A stretch of 64,000 nucleotides of DNA from a bacterium. GTDB taxonomy: Bacteria; UBA8248. Under the pieces are notes generated by a model. It ran no database searches and was not told the origin of the DNA. It saw nothing but the letters and a program-made list of their open reading frames with translations. The stretch lies in contig OZ242260.1 in assembly GCA_965207065.1 (NCBI GenBank), positions 4,412,867 to 4,476,866 of the forward strand, written 5' to 3'. Shown here piece after piece: positions 1 to 9,933 of this stretch. Position 1 is the first letter of the stretch. Each line of letters begins with the position of its first letter. The position numbers and the translations under genes were made by a program.

Positions 1-485
1 GAGGCATCCTGCTCCTGTACGACAAGAAAGCCACCCAGAGGCGGGTTCCCCTCACCTATTACCTCATACCGGTGGCGGGTGCGGCGTTTGCGAGCATCTC
101 CCACATCGTGCGCAAATACGGCTTCGTCCACATCCCCTCGGTCACGCTGGGGATGGGCGTCTCGAACATGACGACGCTCACGCTCCTGCTCGCCAGCGCC
201 TTTTTCTTCCCGACACTCCAGATGAAAAGCAGCCCTTTCACGCGACACTCGCTCCTCATCACGTCGCTGGGCGCGGCGTGCAACTTCCTGGCCGCGTTCT
301 TCTTCTGGTGGGCAATCAAGGACGGCGAGGTAATCCAGGTGGTTCCCATCAACCGGCTCTCGATCCTGATCGTCATCTTCTTCTCCTGGCTTTTTTTCAG
401 GAAACAGGAGCGCGTGAGCGCGCAGGTCATCATCGGCGGGGCGTGCTCGGTCCTCGGCGCCTGGGCCGTCGTGTGGGGCAAGTGA
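1..485 (+). CDS. EamA/DMT family transporter, 5'-partial (C-terminal EamA repeat)
   Basis: Hydrophobic ORF running off the left edge, with the EamA-type C-terminus (AIKDGEVIQVVPINRLSILIVIFFSWLFFRKQE...IIGGAC). Confidence 0.75.
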   Translation, partial: GILLLYDKKATQRRVPLTYYLIPVAGAAFASISHIVRKYGFVHIPSVTLGMGVSNMTTLTLLLASAFFFPTLQMKSSPFTRHSLLITSLGAACNFLAAFFFWWAIKDGEVIQVVPINRLSILIVIFFSWLFFRKQERVSAQVIIGGACSVLGAWAVVWGK

Positions 486-532
486 ATTTTCAGGTTCCTG
501 CAGATGAGGCGAATTATTCTCGGTCGACCATT

Positions 533-1549
533 TCAGGGCGATTCCACGCACGTCCATCCTCCCGTCTTCGATGATTCGAGCATGGCCGAGAGCAGCGCGA
601 CGAGGGAGGCTCCCTCGCGCCCGTCGGTGAACGGGGGCGCATCGCCGCGCACGCTCTTCGCGAAAGAAGCCATGTGGCTGGTGATCATGTCGGTATTCTC
701 GACCGTAACGATCTCCGGCTCCACTTCGCCCTTTCGGTGGATGACGAGTCCAGGCGCGGCGGGCGTTCCCCCTCCCGGATCCGCGTTCACGTAGAGATTC
801 GCCTCGGTTCCGAACAGAGAAAGCTGGTAGCGGCGCTGCGTCACGAAGCTCGAACTCACCTGGGCGGTCACGCCCGAGGCGAACCGGAGCGCGCCCGAGG
901 CGGTATCCGGAATGCGCCCCGCCGCCATCTTCCGCTCCAGCACGACGAAGGCCTCCTCCACCGGACCCAGGAGGTAATTCAGGATGTCGAGCAGGTGAAA
1001 TCCCGGCCCGGTGAACGGGCCGAGAGGCGATTCTGCGGGGTCGTCGCGCCAGATTTCCCTGCCGTAGTTCTGCGCCCGCGCGTTGCCGAAGTGCCCCGCC
1101 GCCTGCGTCACCTCCCCGAGGGCGCCTGCACCTATCAGCGCCTTCGCCTTCTGGACCGAGGCCACCCAGCGCCAGCAATGCCCCACCATCAGGACGACGC
1201 CCGCTCGCTCACACGCTTCCACGCAGGTGCGGGCGTCAGCCAAGGTGACGGCAATCGGCTTTTCGACGAACACGTGCTTGCCCGCCCGGGCCGCCGCGCA
1301 GACCTGATCCTTATGCGCGCTGTGAGGCGTTGTGAGGATCACGGCGTCGATGCGCGGATCTTCCAATATGGCCGCATAGTCAGGGTAAGGCTTGCAACCG
1401 TATTTTCGCGCGAAATCTTCTTTCCGCTCGTCCGACCGCGTATGGCAGGCGGTGATCTGAAGTCCCGGCGTTTTCCGGACCCCCTCCGCCAGCACGCCGG
1501 CCCAGCGGCCCAGCCCGACGCAAGCTGCGCGAATGTTTTCTCCACTCAT
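533..1549 (-). CDS. Gfo/Idh/MocA family oxidoreductase
   Basis: Start MSGENIRAACVGLG; motifs IDAVILTTPHSAH, AARAGKHVFVEKP, GFHLLD. Confidence 0.9.
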   Translation of the reverse strand: MSGENIRAACVGLGRWAGVLAEGVRKTPGLQITACHTRSDERKEDFARKYGCKPYPDYAAILEDPRIDAVILTTPHSAHKDQVCAAARAGKHVFVEKPIAVTLADARTCVEACERAGVVLMVGHCWRWVASVQKAKALIGAGALGEVTQAAGHFGNARAQNYGREIWRDDPAESPLGPFTGPGFHLLDILNYLLGPVEEAFVVLERKMAAGRIPDTASGALRFASGVTAQVSSSFVTQRRYQLSLFGTEANLYVNADPGGGTPAAPGLVIHRKGEVEPEIVTVENTDMITSHMASFAKSVRGDAPPFTDGREGASLVALLSAMLESSKTGGWTCVESP

Positions 1550-1630
1550 GGCGGGCAATATACCACCACGATCCTGAAACGATAAAATTCCCTGCCGCGA
1601 CTGCCCATCTCGCGGCGCATGAATTAGGAT

Positions 1631-2398
1631 GTGCCTTTCACATTCCCGGGGGGCGCGGCGTTGTCGCCAGAAAGTATTCATGGAAAGACCTGCATCGTCA
1701 CTGGCGCGAGCCGGGGCATCGGGCGCGGATGCGCGGTGGCGCTGGGGAGCGAAGGCTGCCGCGTGGCTGTGAACTACCGCGAGCGCGCGGACGAGGCGGA
1801 GGAGACCCGCCGCGAGATAGAAGAGGCGGGCGGGGAGGCCTTCACCATCCAGGCGGACGTATCGGTCGCCGGCGACGTGCGCCGCCTCGTGCACGAGACG
1901 AGGGAGCGCTTCGGCCCCGTCTCGATACTCGTCAACAACGCAGGTATCGCCATCATGAAACCATTTGACGACCTCACCGAAGCCGATTGGAACGCCACGC
2001 TCGACGTGAACCTCAAATCCGCGTTCCTGCTCTCGCAGGCCGTGTTGCCCGACATGCGGGAGGCGCGGTGGGGCAGGATCGTGAACGTCTCATCGAACGC
2101 CGCCTTCACGGGCGGGCGCGTCGGGCCGCACTACGCGGCGTCCAAGGCGGGCATGCACGGACTTACTCACGGTTACGCCGCGGCCCTGGTGAAAGAAGGC
2201 GTCACGGTGAACAGCGTGGCGCCCGCCCTCATCGACACCGACATGACGACGCAGGACCTGCGCACCTCCACGCCGAACACGCCGATGGAGCGCTTCGGGA
2301 CGGTGGAGGAGACGGTCGACGCCGTCATGATGATGATCCGAAACGCCTTCATCACGGGCCAGACCCTCCTGGTGAACGGCGGCAATTACTTCCACTAA
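1631..2398 (+). CDS. SDR family oxidoreductase (3-oxoacyl-ACP reductase-like)
   Basis: TGASRGIG Rossmann motif, LVNNAG, catalytic YAASK. True start may be TTG at 1661. Confidence 0.9.
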   Translation: MPFTFPGGAALSPESIHGKTCIVTGASRGIGRGCAVALGSEGCRVAVNYRERADEAEETRREIEEAGGEAFTIQADVSVAGDVRRLVHETRERFGPVSILVNNAGIAIMKPFDDLTEADWNATLDVNLKSAFLLSQAVLPDMREARWGRIVNVSSNAAFTGGRVGPHYAASKAGMHGLTHGYAAALVKEGVTVNSVAPALIDTDMTTQDLRTSTPNTPMERFGTVEETVDAVMMMIRNAFITGQTLLVNGGNYFH

Positions 2399-2435
2399 CT
2401 CATATCTTATCCACCAATACCCAGAGGCCAGATAG

Positions 2436-4130
2436 ATGAGAAACGCAAACGGCGCATGCTTGCTGCTCGAAACCCTGCTCGACGAGGGAGTCACGCACCT
2501 GTTCGGGAACCCGGGCACGACGGAGCTTCCCCTGATGGACGCGCTGGTGAACGAGGAGCGGCTCGAGTTCATCCTAACGCTGCACGAGGGCGTGGCCATA
2601 TCGGCGGCTGAAGGATACGGCCTGAGCACGGGGAGACCGGCGGCCATCAACCTCCATGTGGCGCCCGGCCTCGGCAACGCGATGGGCCTTCTCTACAACG
2701 CCAAGCGCTCGGGCGCGCCCATGCTCGTCACCGCCGGGAACCAGCCCCAGAGCGGACATTTTCAGGAAATCATCCTCTACGACGACCTCGCGCGCATGGC
2801 GGAGCCCCTCGTGAAGTGGTCGTACGAGGTGCGCCGCGTCGAGGACCTGGAACAGGCCGTGCGGCGCGCCGTCAAGGTGTCCATGACGCCGCCGACGGGG
2901 CCGGTCTTCCTCTCCCTGCCCGGAGACGTCATGCTGGCCGCAGCCTCAGAATTGCAGGAAAAGCCCACGCGCATCCACACGCGCTTCGCCGCGTCGGCGG
3001 AGTCCATCGAGGCGGCGGCCGCGCTCATCGCAAAAGCCGAGCGGCCCTGCATCGTCGCGGGTTCCGGCGTCGCGCACTCGGGTGCGCTGGAGGAAGCGGC
3101 GCGCTTCGCCGAGCAAATCGGCGCCAAAGCGTATGAGGAGAACTTCGCCAACGTGATCTCTTATCCCATGGCGCACCCGCTCTACGGCGGGAAACTCCCC
3201 ATTCTCGCCAGGCCCTTGAGGGAGCGCCTCTCGGAATCAGACCTGGTGTTCCTGGTCGGCACGGAGGTATTCCTGTTCTCATACCCCGCCGACGTGCGTC
3301 CGCTGCCCGAAAGCTGCCGGGTCGTGCATCTGGACCTGAACGCATGGGAGATGGGCAAGAACTTCGGGCTGGACGCCTCGCTGTACGGGGACCCGAAAAC
3401 CACCCTGCCCGTCCTGACAGAAGCCGTGGCGCGCGCGCAGACGGCGGATGAGGCAGCAAGAGCGAAAGCGCGCGCGGAGCGGATTGCGAATGAGAACCGA
3501 AGCGCGCGCGAGGCCGCATCGCCTCCGGCAGAGCAAAGTGATTATTCGGAAGGCATGCCGCTGCCCGTCTTTCACCGGGCGCTCGGCGCGGGCGCGCCCG
3601 ATGGCGCCGTGTGGGTGGATGAGGCGCTCACTTCCGCAGGCCCCGGTTTCCGCCGCGCGGTGGGGCGAACAGCCTCCCAGATTTTCGGACGTAAGGGCGG
3701 CGGCATCGGGAACGGCCTGCCCATGGCGCTGGGCGCCAAGATAGCGACGCCGGATCGCCCCGTCATCTGCCTCTCGGGAGACGGCTCGGCCATGTACTCC
3801 AACCAGACGCTGTGGACGGCGGCGAAATACAATGTGGGCGTCGTTTTCCTTATCGCGAACAACGGGGCCTACCACATCCTGAAAGGGCGCGTGCTTGCGC
3901 TGGACGGAAAGGCGAAGGAGTTTCACCGCTTCGTCGGCATGGACCTGACGGAACCGGACCTCGACTTCATCAAGCTGGCCGAATCGATGGGCGTGGACGC
4001 CGCGCGCGTCCATGCGCCGGATGAACTGGAAGCGTGTCTTGCCGAGGCCGCCCGGGGCGACAAGCCCTTCCTCATCGACGCGGTCGTGAAGCCCACCCCT
4101 CTGGGCGGCGCGCCACCCCAGGAGCTTTGA
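2436..4130 (+). CDS. Thiamine pyrophosphate-binding enzyme (benzoylformate decarboxylase-like)
   Basis: LFGNPGTTELP, LHE, NLHVAPGLGNA, and the TPP motif GDGSAMY...NN. Confidence 0.9.
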   Translation: MRNANGACLLLETLLDEGVTHLFGNPGTTELPLMDALVNEERLEFILTLHEGVAISAAEGYGLSTGRPAAINLHVAPGLGNAMGLLYNAKRSGAPMLVTAGNQPQSGHFQEIILYDDLARMAEPLVKWSYEVRRVEDLEQAVRRAVKVSMTPPTGPVFLSLPGDVMLAAASELQEKPTRIHTRFAASAESIEAAAALIAKAERPCIVAGSGVAHSGALEEAARFAEQIGAKAYEENFANVISYPMAHPLYGGKLPILARPLRERLSESDLVFLVGTEVFLFSYPADVRPLPESCRVVHLDLNAWEMGKNFGLDASLYGDPKTTLPVLTEAVARAQTADEAARAKARAERIANENRSAREAASPPAEQSDYSEGMPLPVFHRALGAGAPDGAVWVDEALTSAGPGFRRAVGRTASQIFGRKGGGIGNGLPMALGAKIATPDRPVICLSGDGSAMYSNQTLWTAAKYNVGVVFLIANNGAYHILKGRVLALDGKAKEFHRFVGMDLTEPDLDFIKLAESMGVDAARVHAPDELEACLAEAARGDKPFLIDAVVKPTPLGGAPPQEL

Positions 4131-4189
4131 GGGGAACAAATAACAACCCCCTCATCCCGAGTGGTTGTCCTTCGCCGGGCAGCGCGACA

Positions 4190-4470
4190 GTACAGGCACA
4201 GAGGCCTGCCCCTATGGAGTCATCCCGATTCACGGGGCTGTAGGGACAGGTCGCGACCTATCCAAATTCGTTCACGAATCAACGCAAGTGTAGGGGTCGC
4301 ATATATGCGACCCGTGGTTTGACGGCGAAAAAGCAGGGCCGCATATATGCGGCCCCTACACATCTCCTCGAATGGCGACCGTCGGGGCGGTTCGCGAACC
4401 GCCCCTACAAATCCATCGTTCCCCCATCGTTTCAGAGGGCTTTTTCAACAACCCCCTCAAGGGGGAGTGA
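4190..4470. repeat. Cluster of REP-like GTAG-palindromes plus one MITE right end
   Basis: GTAGGGACAGGTCGCGACCT, GTAGGGGTCGCATATATGCGACCC, GGGCCGCATATATGCGGCCCCTAC, GGGGCGGTTCGCGAACCGCCCCTAC; TTTTTCAACAACCCC near 4441-4456. Confidence 0.8.
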
Positions 4471-4471
4471 C

Positions 4472-5248
4472 TCAGGCCGGTTTCTGGCCCAGGATGGTCA
4501 GGCGTTTTCTGACAATGGAGAATTGCTCTCCTTCGCCACTTTCCTCATACCAGCTTCCGCCCTGATCGCGCAGCGACTCGAAGGCGGCTCTCAGCTTCGG
4601 GAACTCGTCCGGCGAGGTCTTGGCGATGTCCATCCACTCATCGAACGGCGTGTCGGTCCTGTCGACGACCGTCTCCTCGATACGGATTCCCTCTGCCCGG
4701 AACAAGTCTTCCATCTCCTTTCCGGACAGGTGCCGCGTGATGGTCGGCTCCCGCACACGGTCGAGCTCTTCTATCTTCTCGCGCTCTTCTTCCTCGTCGG
4801 GGTAGTGATAGTCGATCAGGAAAACGTGGCCGCCAGGACGGACGGCGCGCGCCATCTCCCCAAAAACTTTTTTGGGGTCATCGAGATGATGAAACGTGTG
4901 GCGACAGATGGCGGCGTCGGCGGCCCCCGCCGCGAGGGGCGCATCGTGCGCGTTCGCCATGACGTAGCGGGCGTTCGCCTCGAGCCCCCATTCGCGCAGG
5001 CGCTGGCGTCCGCTTATTGCCATTGCGGGGGTGAGGTCCAGCCCCACGACGTTCCCGCCCTTCATGAGAAAAGGCCGCGCGGAAGTGCCCGTGCCCATCC
5101 CGAAATCGACCAGCCAGGAGCCTTCGCCGAAGCCGACCCGCTCGGCCATCGCGCCCAGGCGCGCCTGTTCCGCGTCGCTGTAATAGCCGCCGTAGGTCTC
5201 GGCCATGCGCGTGAAGGTCTCGATGTTCCGCTGCTTCGCCGAATCCAT
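4472..5248 (-). CDS. Class I SAM-dependent methyltransferase
   Basis: Motif I LVDFGMGTG, VVGLDLTPAM, and post-II HTFHHLDDP...RAVRPGG. Confidence 0.85.
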   Translation of the reverse strand: MDSAKQRNIETFTRMAETYGGYYSDAEQARLGAMAERVGFGEGSWLVDFGMGTGTSARPFLMKGGNVVGLDLTPAMAISGRQRLREWGLEANARYVMANAHDAPLAAGAADAAICRHTFHHLDDPKKVFGEMARAVRPGGHVFLIDYHYPDEEEEREKIEELDRVREPTITRHLSGKEMEDLFRAEGIRIEETVVDRTDTPFDEWMDIAKTSPDEFPKLRAAFESLRDQGGSWYEESGEGEQFSIVRKRLTILGQKPA

Positions 5249-5416
5249 CTAAAGCCCCCTTCAGGGAGTTCGCCGTGCATGCGCATCAAATGAGGTATCT
5301 GAGAATCATACACCGAAACCGGGAAAAGCACGCTCCCCTCTCAATCGTTTTACAAAATACGCGGGCTGCCGTTAGAATGAGGAAAATCAACCTCTCAATA
5401 ACAAGGAGAGCGCACA

Positions 5417-5920
5417 ATGGGTGAAATACTCGACAAATTCGCAGCCGAATGCCACGACATCCTGAAAGCCGATTCGAGCAAGGCGGGTCTCCAGAAGGTG
5501 AGCGACGCCCTGGAGAAAGTCCTGGTGCAAGAGGAGTTCGTGCAGGAACACCTGGGGCCGGACAACGACTCCCCCCGCAAGATCCTCTACAAGGACCCCG
5601 AGCTCGGCTTCTGCATCTTCGCTCACGTTCACAAGGGTGTTACCGGAAGCTCCCCGCACGACCACGGCCAGTCGTGGGCCATCTACGGTCAGGCGGTCGG
5701 CACCACAACGATGACGGATTACGATCTCGTCGAACGGCCCAACGGCGCAGCGCCCGGCAAGGTGCGCGCCGTGCGCAGCTACGACCTCACGCCGGGCTTG
5801 TCCAAGGCCTATGACGTTGGGGAGTTCCACTCGCCCAAGCGCGAGGGAGAGACGCGCCTCGTGCGCATTGAAGGCATCGACCTGGACACCATCACGCGCG
5901 ACAAGTACGAAGCGGTTTAA
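5417..5920 (+). CDS. Cysteine dioxygenase-like cupin protein
   Basis: SSPHDHG-x-SWAIYG and downstream FHSP motif; RBS AAGGAG upstream. Confidence 0.65.
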   Translation: MGEILDKFAAECHDILKADSSKAGLQKVSDALEKVLVQEEFVQEHLGPDNDSPRKILYKDPELGFCIFAHVHKGVTGSSPHDHGQSWAIYGQAVGTTTMTDYDLVERPNGAAPGKVRAVRSYDLTPGLSKAYDVGEFHSPKREGETRLVRIEGIDLDTITRDKYEAV

Positions 5921-5977
5921 TACCGCCCCGATTCGTATGTAGCGCGCTAATTGATCGAGTAGTATCGTTTTTCCGAC

Positions 5978-6140
5978 CTGTCGCAGGTGGGCTTTCTGAG
6001 TGAAAGCCCGGGAAGCCGGTGAGAATCCGGCGCGGACCCGCCACTGTGACCGGGGACGAAAGCGGCCATTACCACTGGCGGATGCCGCCGGGAAGGGGCC
6101 GTGAGTAGGATGATCCGGAAGCCAGGAGACCGACCTGCGG
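5978..6140 (+). ncRNA. Cobalamin riboswitch (copy 1)
   Basis: CAGGTG...GGGAAGCCGGTGAGAATCCGGCGCGGACCCGCCACTGTG...CCACTGG...GGGAAGG...AGCCAGGAGACCGACCTG (B12 box); lies upstream of btuB. Confidence 0.9.
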
Positions 6141-6274
6141 CAACCTTTTGACCCGTCACGTCCTCGCGGAACGGGAGGTGGGTGGTATCTTGCGCATCAT
6201 CACACCCCAAGACGAGAGAATCATCGCACGCGCGGGCATTGCGCACACGCGGCGATAAAGTTTCGCCATAAGCG

Positions 6275-6496
6275 GGGATTGTTGAAAAGCCCCCTTTTTA
6301 GGGGGTAGAGGGGACGCCCCTCGCAACTGGAAAAACAACCCCCCTACCCCCCCTTCTCAGGGGGGTAAGAAAAAAAGCCTCCCTTGGCAGGGTGGTAAAA
6401 AGCGATGCCTTCCGGCAAGGGGGGCAAGAAAAAAAGCCCCCCTGACAAGGGGGGTTGGGGGGTTCCTCCCTTGCCAAAGGCCTTTTCAACAGCCAA
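6275..6496. mobile_element. MITE-like element (TIR ~GGGGTTGTTGAAAAA) filled with CCCCCCTTnTCAGGGGGG palindromes
   Basis: GGGATTGTTGAAAAG...CTTTTCAACAGCC ends, flanked by a 5-bp direct repeat AAGCG (6270-6274 and 6497-6501). Confidence 0.75.
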
Positions 6497-6527
6497 AAGC
6501 GCGGCGGACGCATCCGCCGCTGAAACA

Positions 6528-6668
6528 GCCGTCAGGTGTTCGGGAATCCGGTGTAAGACCGGAGCTGCCCAGCAGCTGTGAGCGACGCGCCTTTCATGCA
6601 ACCACTGGGATTTTCCCGGGAAGGAATGAAAGGCGGCCATCGGCGCGAGCCAGAAGACCGGCCTGCCG
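6528..6668 (+). ncRNA. Cobalamin riboswitch (copy 2)
   Basis: CAGGTG-TTC-GGGAATCCGGTGTAAGACCGGAGCTGCCCAGCAGCTGTG...CCACTGGGA...GGGAAGG...AGCCAGAAGACCGGCCTG, ~70 bp upstream of the btuB start. Confidence 0.85.
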
Positions 6669-6736
6669 GCATCTCCCATGCGACCCCACGAGGGGTCCGT
6701 TTCGAGCGCTTGGGCCGCTCAAGGAGGCGTCACATC

Positions 6737-8788
6737 ATGCAAGGCATTTTGAGAAAACCCACCCGATCATCCATCCGCATCAAAGGGGGCCTGTTCGCTG
6801 TGTGGCTCGCCGCACTCATCCTGTTGGGCGGGGCGGGGATTGCCCACGCGCAAAGCGCCGAGGAGGAACTCTACCTCGACCCCATCACCGTTACGGCCAC
6901 ACGAACGCCCGAGCGGTTGAGCGACGTGGCCGATTCGGTGGAGGTCTTCGGTCCCGATCGGATCGAGAGCCTCCTGCCGGGCGACGCGCTCGATTTCCTC
7001 ACTGAGGGGGCGGGCGTCATCCTCCCGCAGACGAGCGGCAGGGGCGGGCAGGCGAGCCTTTTCCTGAGGGGAAGCGAGAGCAACTTCACCAGCGTGATGA
7101 TCGACGGCTTCAAGCTCACCTTTCCGGACGGGAGCGCGTATGACTTCGGGCATCTATCACCCGAGTGGGTGGGCGCAGCCGAAATTCTCAAGGGTCCGCA
7201 AAGCCCGCTGTACGGCTCGGACGCGGCTTCGGGCGTGATGAATTTTCTGCCCGAGGTCGGCAAGCCGGGAGAAGCGCCCTCTTTCACCGTCCGCGCGAGG
7301 GGCGGCAGCGACGACACGTTCGAGGAGGCCTTCAAGCTCAAGGGCGGAACGGCCAAGAGCGGATACGCCGCCACCCTGAGCCGCCTCGATACGGAGGGAC
7401 ACCTGCCGAACGACGGATACTACCGCACCGTGGGGACGGTGGCGCTGGATCATTTCTTCTCAGACAAGGCGAAATTGCGCTTTCTCTACCACGCCAACCA
7501 GAACCGCTACGACATCCCCGGGCCGGCTCATGCGGGCTACAGAGAACCGAACAAGTACGGGCGAAACACCGAGCAACTCATCGGCGCGCGCGCTCATCTC
7601 AAGCCTTTCTCCTGGCTCGAGTACGTCCCGCGCGTTTCCATGTACCTGCGAGACACGCTGTTCGAGAACATGCCGGATGCGCACAACCCCGGCTCCGACA
7701 AAACGGATACGAGCGGGACGAGACTTCATTTCGACAACCAGGTAAACGTGAGGCTCTCAGGGGAGCAAATCGGCTTGCGCGCGCTTCGCCGCTCCACCTC
7801 CACGCTGGGCATCGAATGGGAGACGGAGGACATCTCGGTCGAGAGCGCTTATGAGAACGACTTCGGCGCCGGGGAAAACGAATACGACAGCGACAGGCGG
7901 GCGACTTCTTTTTACGCGCAGCAGCAGTTCCAGTTCGAGGGAGGCCTCACCCTCGCAGTCGGGGCGCGTGCCGATAATTTCGACGTCGGCGAGGACGAGA
8001 CGACCGGAAAGCTCTCCGCCTCCTACAAAATTCCCGGAACCGGCGCGCGGTTTCGCGGCGCGGTGGGCGAGGGAATCAAGCGGCCCTCTTTCGCCGAGTT
8101 GCTCGACGTCTACGGCCCCGGCAACCCGAACCTAAAGAGCGAGAGGCAACGAAGCTGGGAGGCGGGCTTCGATCAGTTTTTCGCCGGAAAAAAGCTCAAA
8201 TTCAGCGCCACGTATTACGTGAACGATGTCGACGACCTGATCGCCTATTCCTTTACCCCGTTCGACAACGGGACAAACTACGAGAACATCCAGAAGGTGC
8301 GGGTCAAGGGCGCGGAAGTATCCTTATCGCTACTTGATTTCCACGACTTCACGGCCCACGCGAGTCTCAACACCATGGATACGGTCGCGCTCGAAACCGA
8401 AGGCCTCGGCGCGCCGAACTACGTGGAGGGAGAACCGCTCCTGAGACGCCCGGACTGGTGGTGGAGCGCCTCGATCAGCTATCACCCGGATCGGCTCAGA
8501 GCCGCTTTAAGAGTGAACACGGTGAGCGACAGGTGGGACATCGACGACTCGGCGCCCTGGCCCTACCCGAGGGTGGTGAACCCAGGCTTCACACGGGTGG
8601 ATCTGGCGCTCTCGCTCGACGTCGTGAAGGAGCGAATCTCGATGTTCGACAAGACGAGGAAATCCAGGCTCAAGGAATTGACGTTGGAACTCAAGGTGAA
8701 CAACGCGCTCGATGAGGAATACGACGCCATCTACGGCTTCGGCGCGCCAGGGGTCCAGTGGTTCGCGGGCGTCAGGGCGGTCTTCTAA
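6737..8788 (+). CDS. btuB: TonB-dependent receptor, probable vitamin B12 transporter
   Basis: Signal peptide, TonB box DPITVTATR, plug motifs (VMIDG, EILKGPQSPLYGSDA), C-terminal Phe, B12 riboswitches upstream, RBS AAGGAGG. Confidence 0.85.
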   Translation: MQGILRKPTRSSIRIKGGLFAVWLAALILLGGAGIAHAQSAEEELYLDPITVTATRTPERLSDVADSVEVFGPDRIESLLPGDALDFLTEGAGVILPQTSGRGGQASLFLRGSESNFTSVMIDGFKLTFPDGSAYDFGHLSPEWVGAAEILKGPQSPLYGSDAASGVMNFLPEVGKPGEAPSFTVRARGGSDDTFEEAFKLKGGTAKSGYAATLSRLDTEGHLPNDGYYRTVGTVALDHFFSDKAKLRFLYHANQNRYDIPGPAHAGYREPNKYGRNTEQLIGARAHLKPFSWLEYVPRVSMYLRDTLFENMPDAHNPGSDKTDTSGTRLHFDNQVNVRLSGEQIGLRALRRSTSTLGIEWETEDISVESAYENDFGAGENEYDSDRRATSFYAQQQFQFEGGLTLAVGARADNFDVGEDETTGKLSASYKIPGTGARFRGAVGEGIKRPSFAELLDVYGPGNPNLKSERQRSWEAGFDQFFAGKKLKFSATYYVNDVDDLIAYSFTPFDNGTNYENIQKVRVKGAEVSLSLLDFHDFTAHASLNTMDTVALETEGLGAPNYVEGEPLLRRPDWWWSASISYHPDRLRAALRVNTVSDRWDIDDSAPWPYPRVVNPGFTRVDLALSLDVVKERISMFDKTRKSRLKELTLELKVNNALDEEYDAIYGFGAPGVQWFAGVRAVF

Positions 8789-8805
8789 AGCGGCCCTTAC
8801 TACAG

Positions 8806-9035
8806 GGGGTTGTTGAAAAAGTCCCCTGAAAGGGTAAAGGCAACCCCCTTGAGAGGGAAACCCATAAAGGCAACCCCCCCTACCCCCCCTTGTCAGGGGG
8901 GTATAAAAAGGCGATATCCCCCGCCGGGTGGGTAGAAGGGCTTTGCTTTTTCTTGCCCCCCTGACAAGGGGGGGTAGGGGGGGTTGGTTTTCAAGGCAGG
9001 GGGAGGACGAGCGGGGCGGGTTTTTCAACAACCCC
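8806..9035. mobile_element. MITE-like element, same TIR family
   Basis: GGGGTTGTTGAAAAA...TTTTTCAACAACCCC perfect 15-bp TIR; flanks TACAG/TATAG; interior has inverted CCCCCCTTGTCAGGGGGG units. Confidence 0.8.
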
Positions 9036-9048
9036 TATAGGAGGGGCT

Positions 9049-9933
9049 TTGCGCAAAGGGTGGCAGATGCGATTATGCGGTAAGCTCAAAATTTTCTTCC
9101 TGGCGGCGGCTCTATTATGGGCTGCGGTCTCCTCGTTCCCGGAGGGGCCCTCACCCGCCCGCGCCGCCAGGAAGCCCGAACGCCTGATCGCCATGACGCT
9201 CGCCACCGCCGAGATGCTCCTCGCTTTGGCGCCCAGAGAAAGAATCGTCGGCCTGCACAAACTGGCCGGACATCGGGGTTATTCCAACGTCGCCGGTAAG
9301 GTGGGGGAAATTCCCCTCATCGGCAGCGCGCCCGAGCACATCATCTCTTTCAGGCCGGATATGGTGTTCGTCGCCTCATACTCCAGCGCTGCGTTCCTGA
9401 ACCATCTGCGCGCAGCCGGGGCGCCCGTCTCGAAATTTTCCGCTTTCAGCGGTATGGAGGATGTCTTCGCGAGCATCGAGAAGATGGGCCGCCTGATCGG
9501 AGAAGAAGACAAGGCGCAAAAACTCATCAAAGACACGAAAGAGAGAATCCACGCCATACGCTCGCGCATCCCGAAAAACGCCAAGCCCCCACGCATTCTC
9601 ACGCTCGTGCGTGGCGGATGGGTAACGGGCGGCGGCACCTCGCACGACGCGCTCATCCGCCTCGCGGGCGGAGAGAACGTGGCCGCCGAACACGGCATTC
9701 GAGGGGCGCGCAGGGTATCGGCGGAACAGGTCATCGCCTGGAACCCCGACGTTATCCTGGTGGGGGCAAATCCCGAATCGGGCGCGAGCATGAAGAACGC
9801 CATCCGCGCGAACGGGGTCTACGCACCTCTGCGGGAGAAAAAAATCGTCGAGATCCCCTACCCGCGTTTTTCGAGCGTGTCGCAATACATCGTCGATGGA
9901 CTCGATGATCTGGTGCGAGGGCTTTACCGATGA
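9049..9933 (+). CDS. btuF: Cobalamin/iron-chelate ABC transporter periplasmic binding protein (BtuF-like)
   Basis: PERLIAMTLATAEMLLAL, EQVIAWNPDVIL; operon context. Start may be ATG at 9067. Confidence 0.8.
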   Translation: MRKGWQMRLCGKLKIFFLAAALLWAAVSSFPEGPSPARAARKPERLIAMTLATAEMLLALAPRERIVGLHKLAGHRGYSNVAGKVGEIPLIGSAPEHIISFRPDMVFVASYSSAAFLNHLRAAGAPVSKFSAFSGMEDVFASIEKMGRLIGEEDKAQKLIKDTKERIHAIRSRIPKNAKPPRILTLVRGGWVTGGGTSHDALIRLAGGENVAAEHGIRGARRVSAEQVIAWNPDVILVGANPESGASMKNAIRANGVYAPLREKKIVEIPYPRFSSVSQYIVDGLDDLVRGLYR

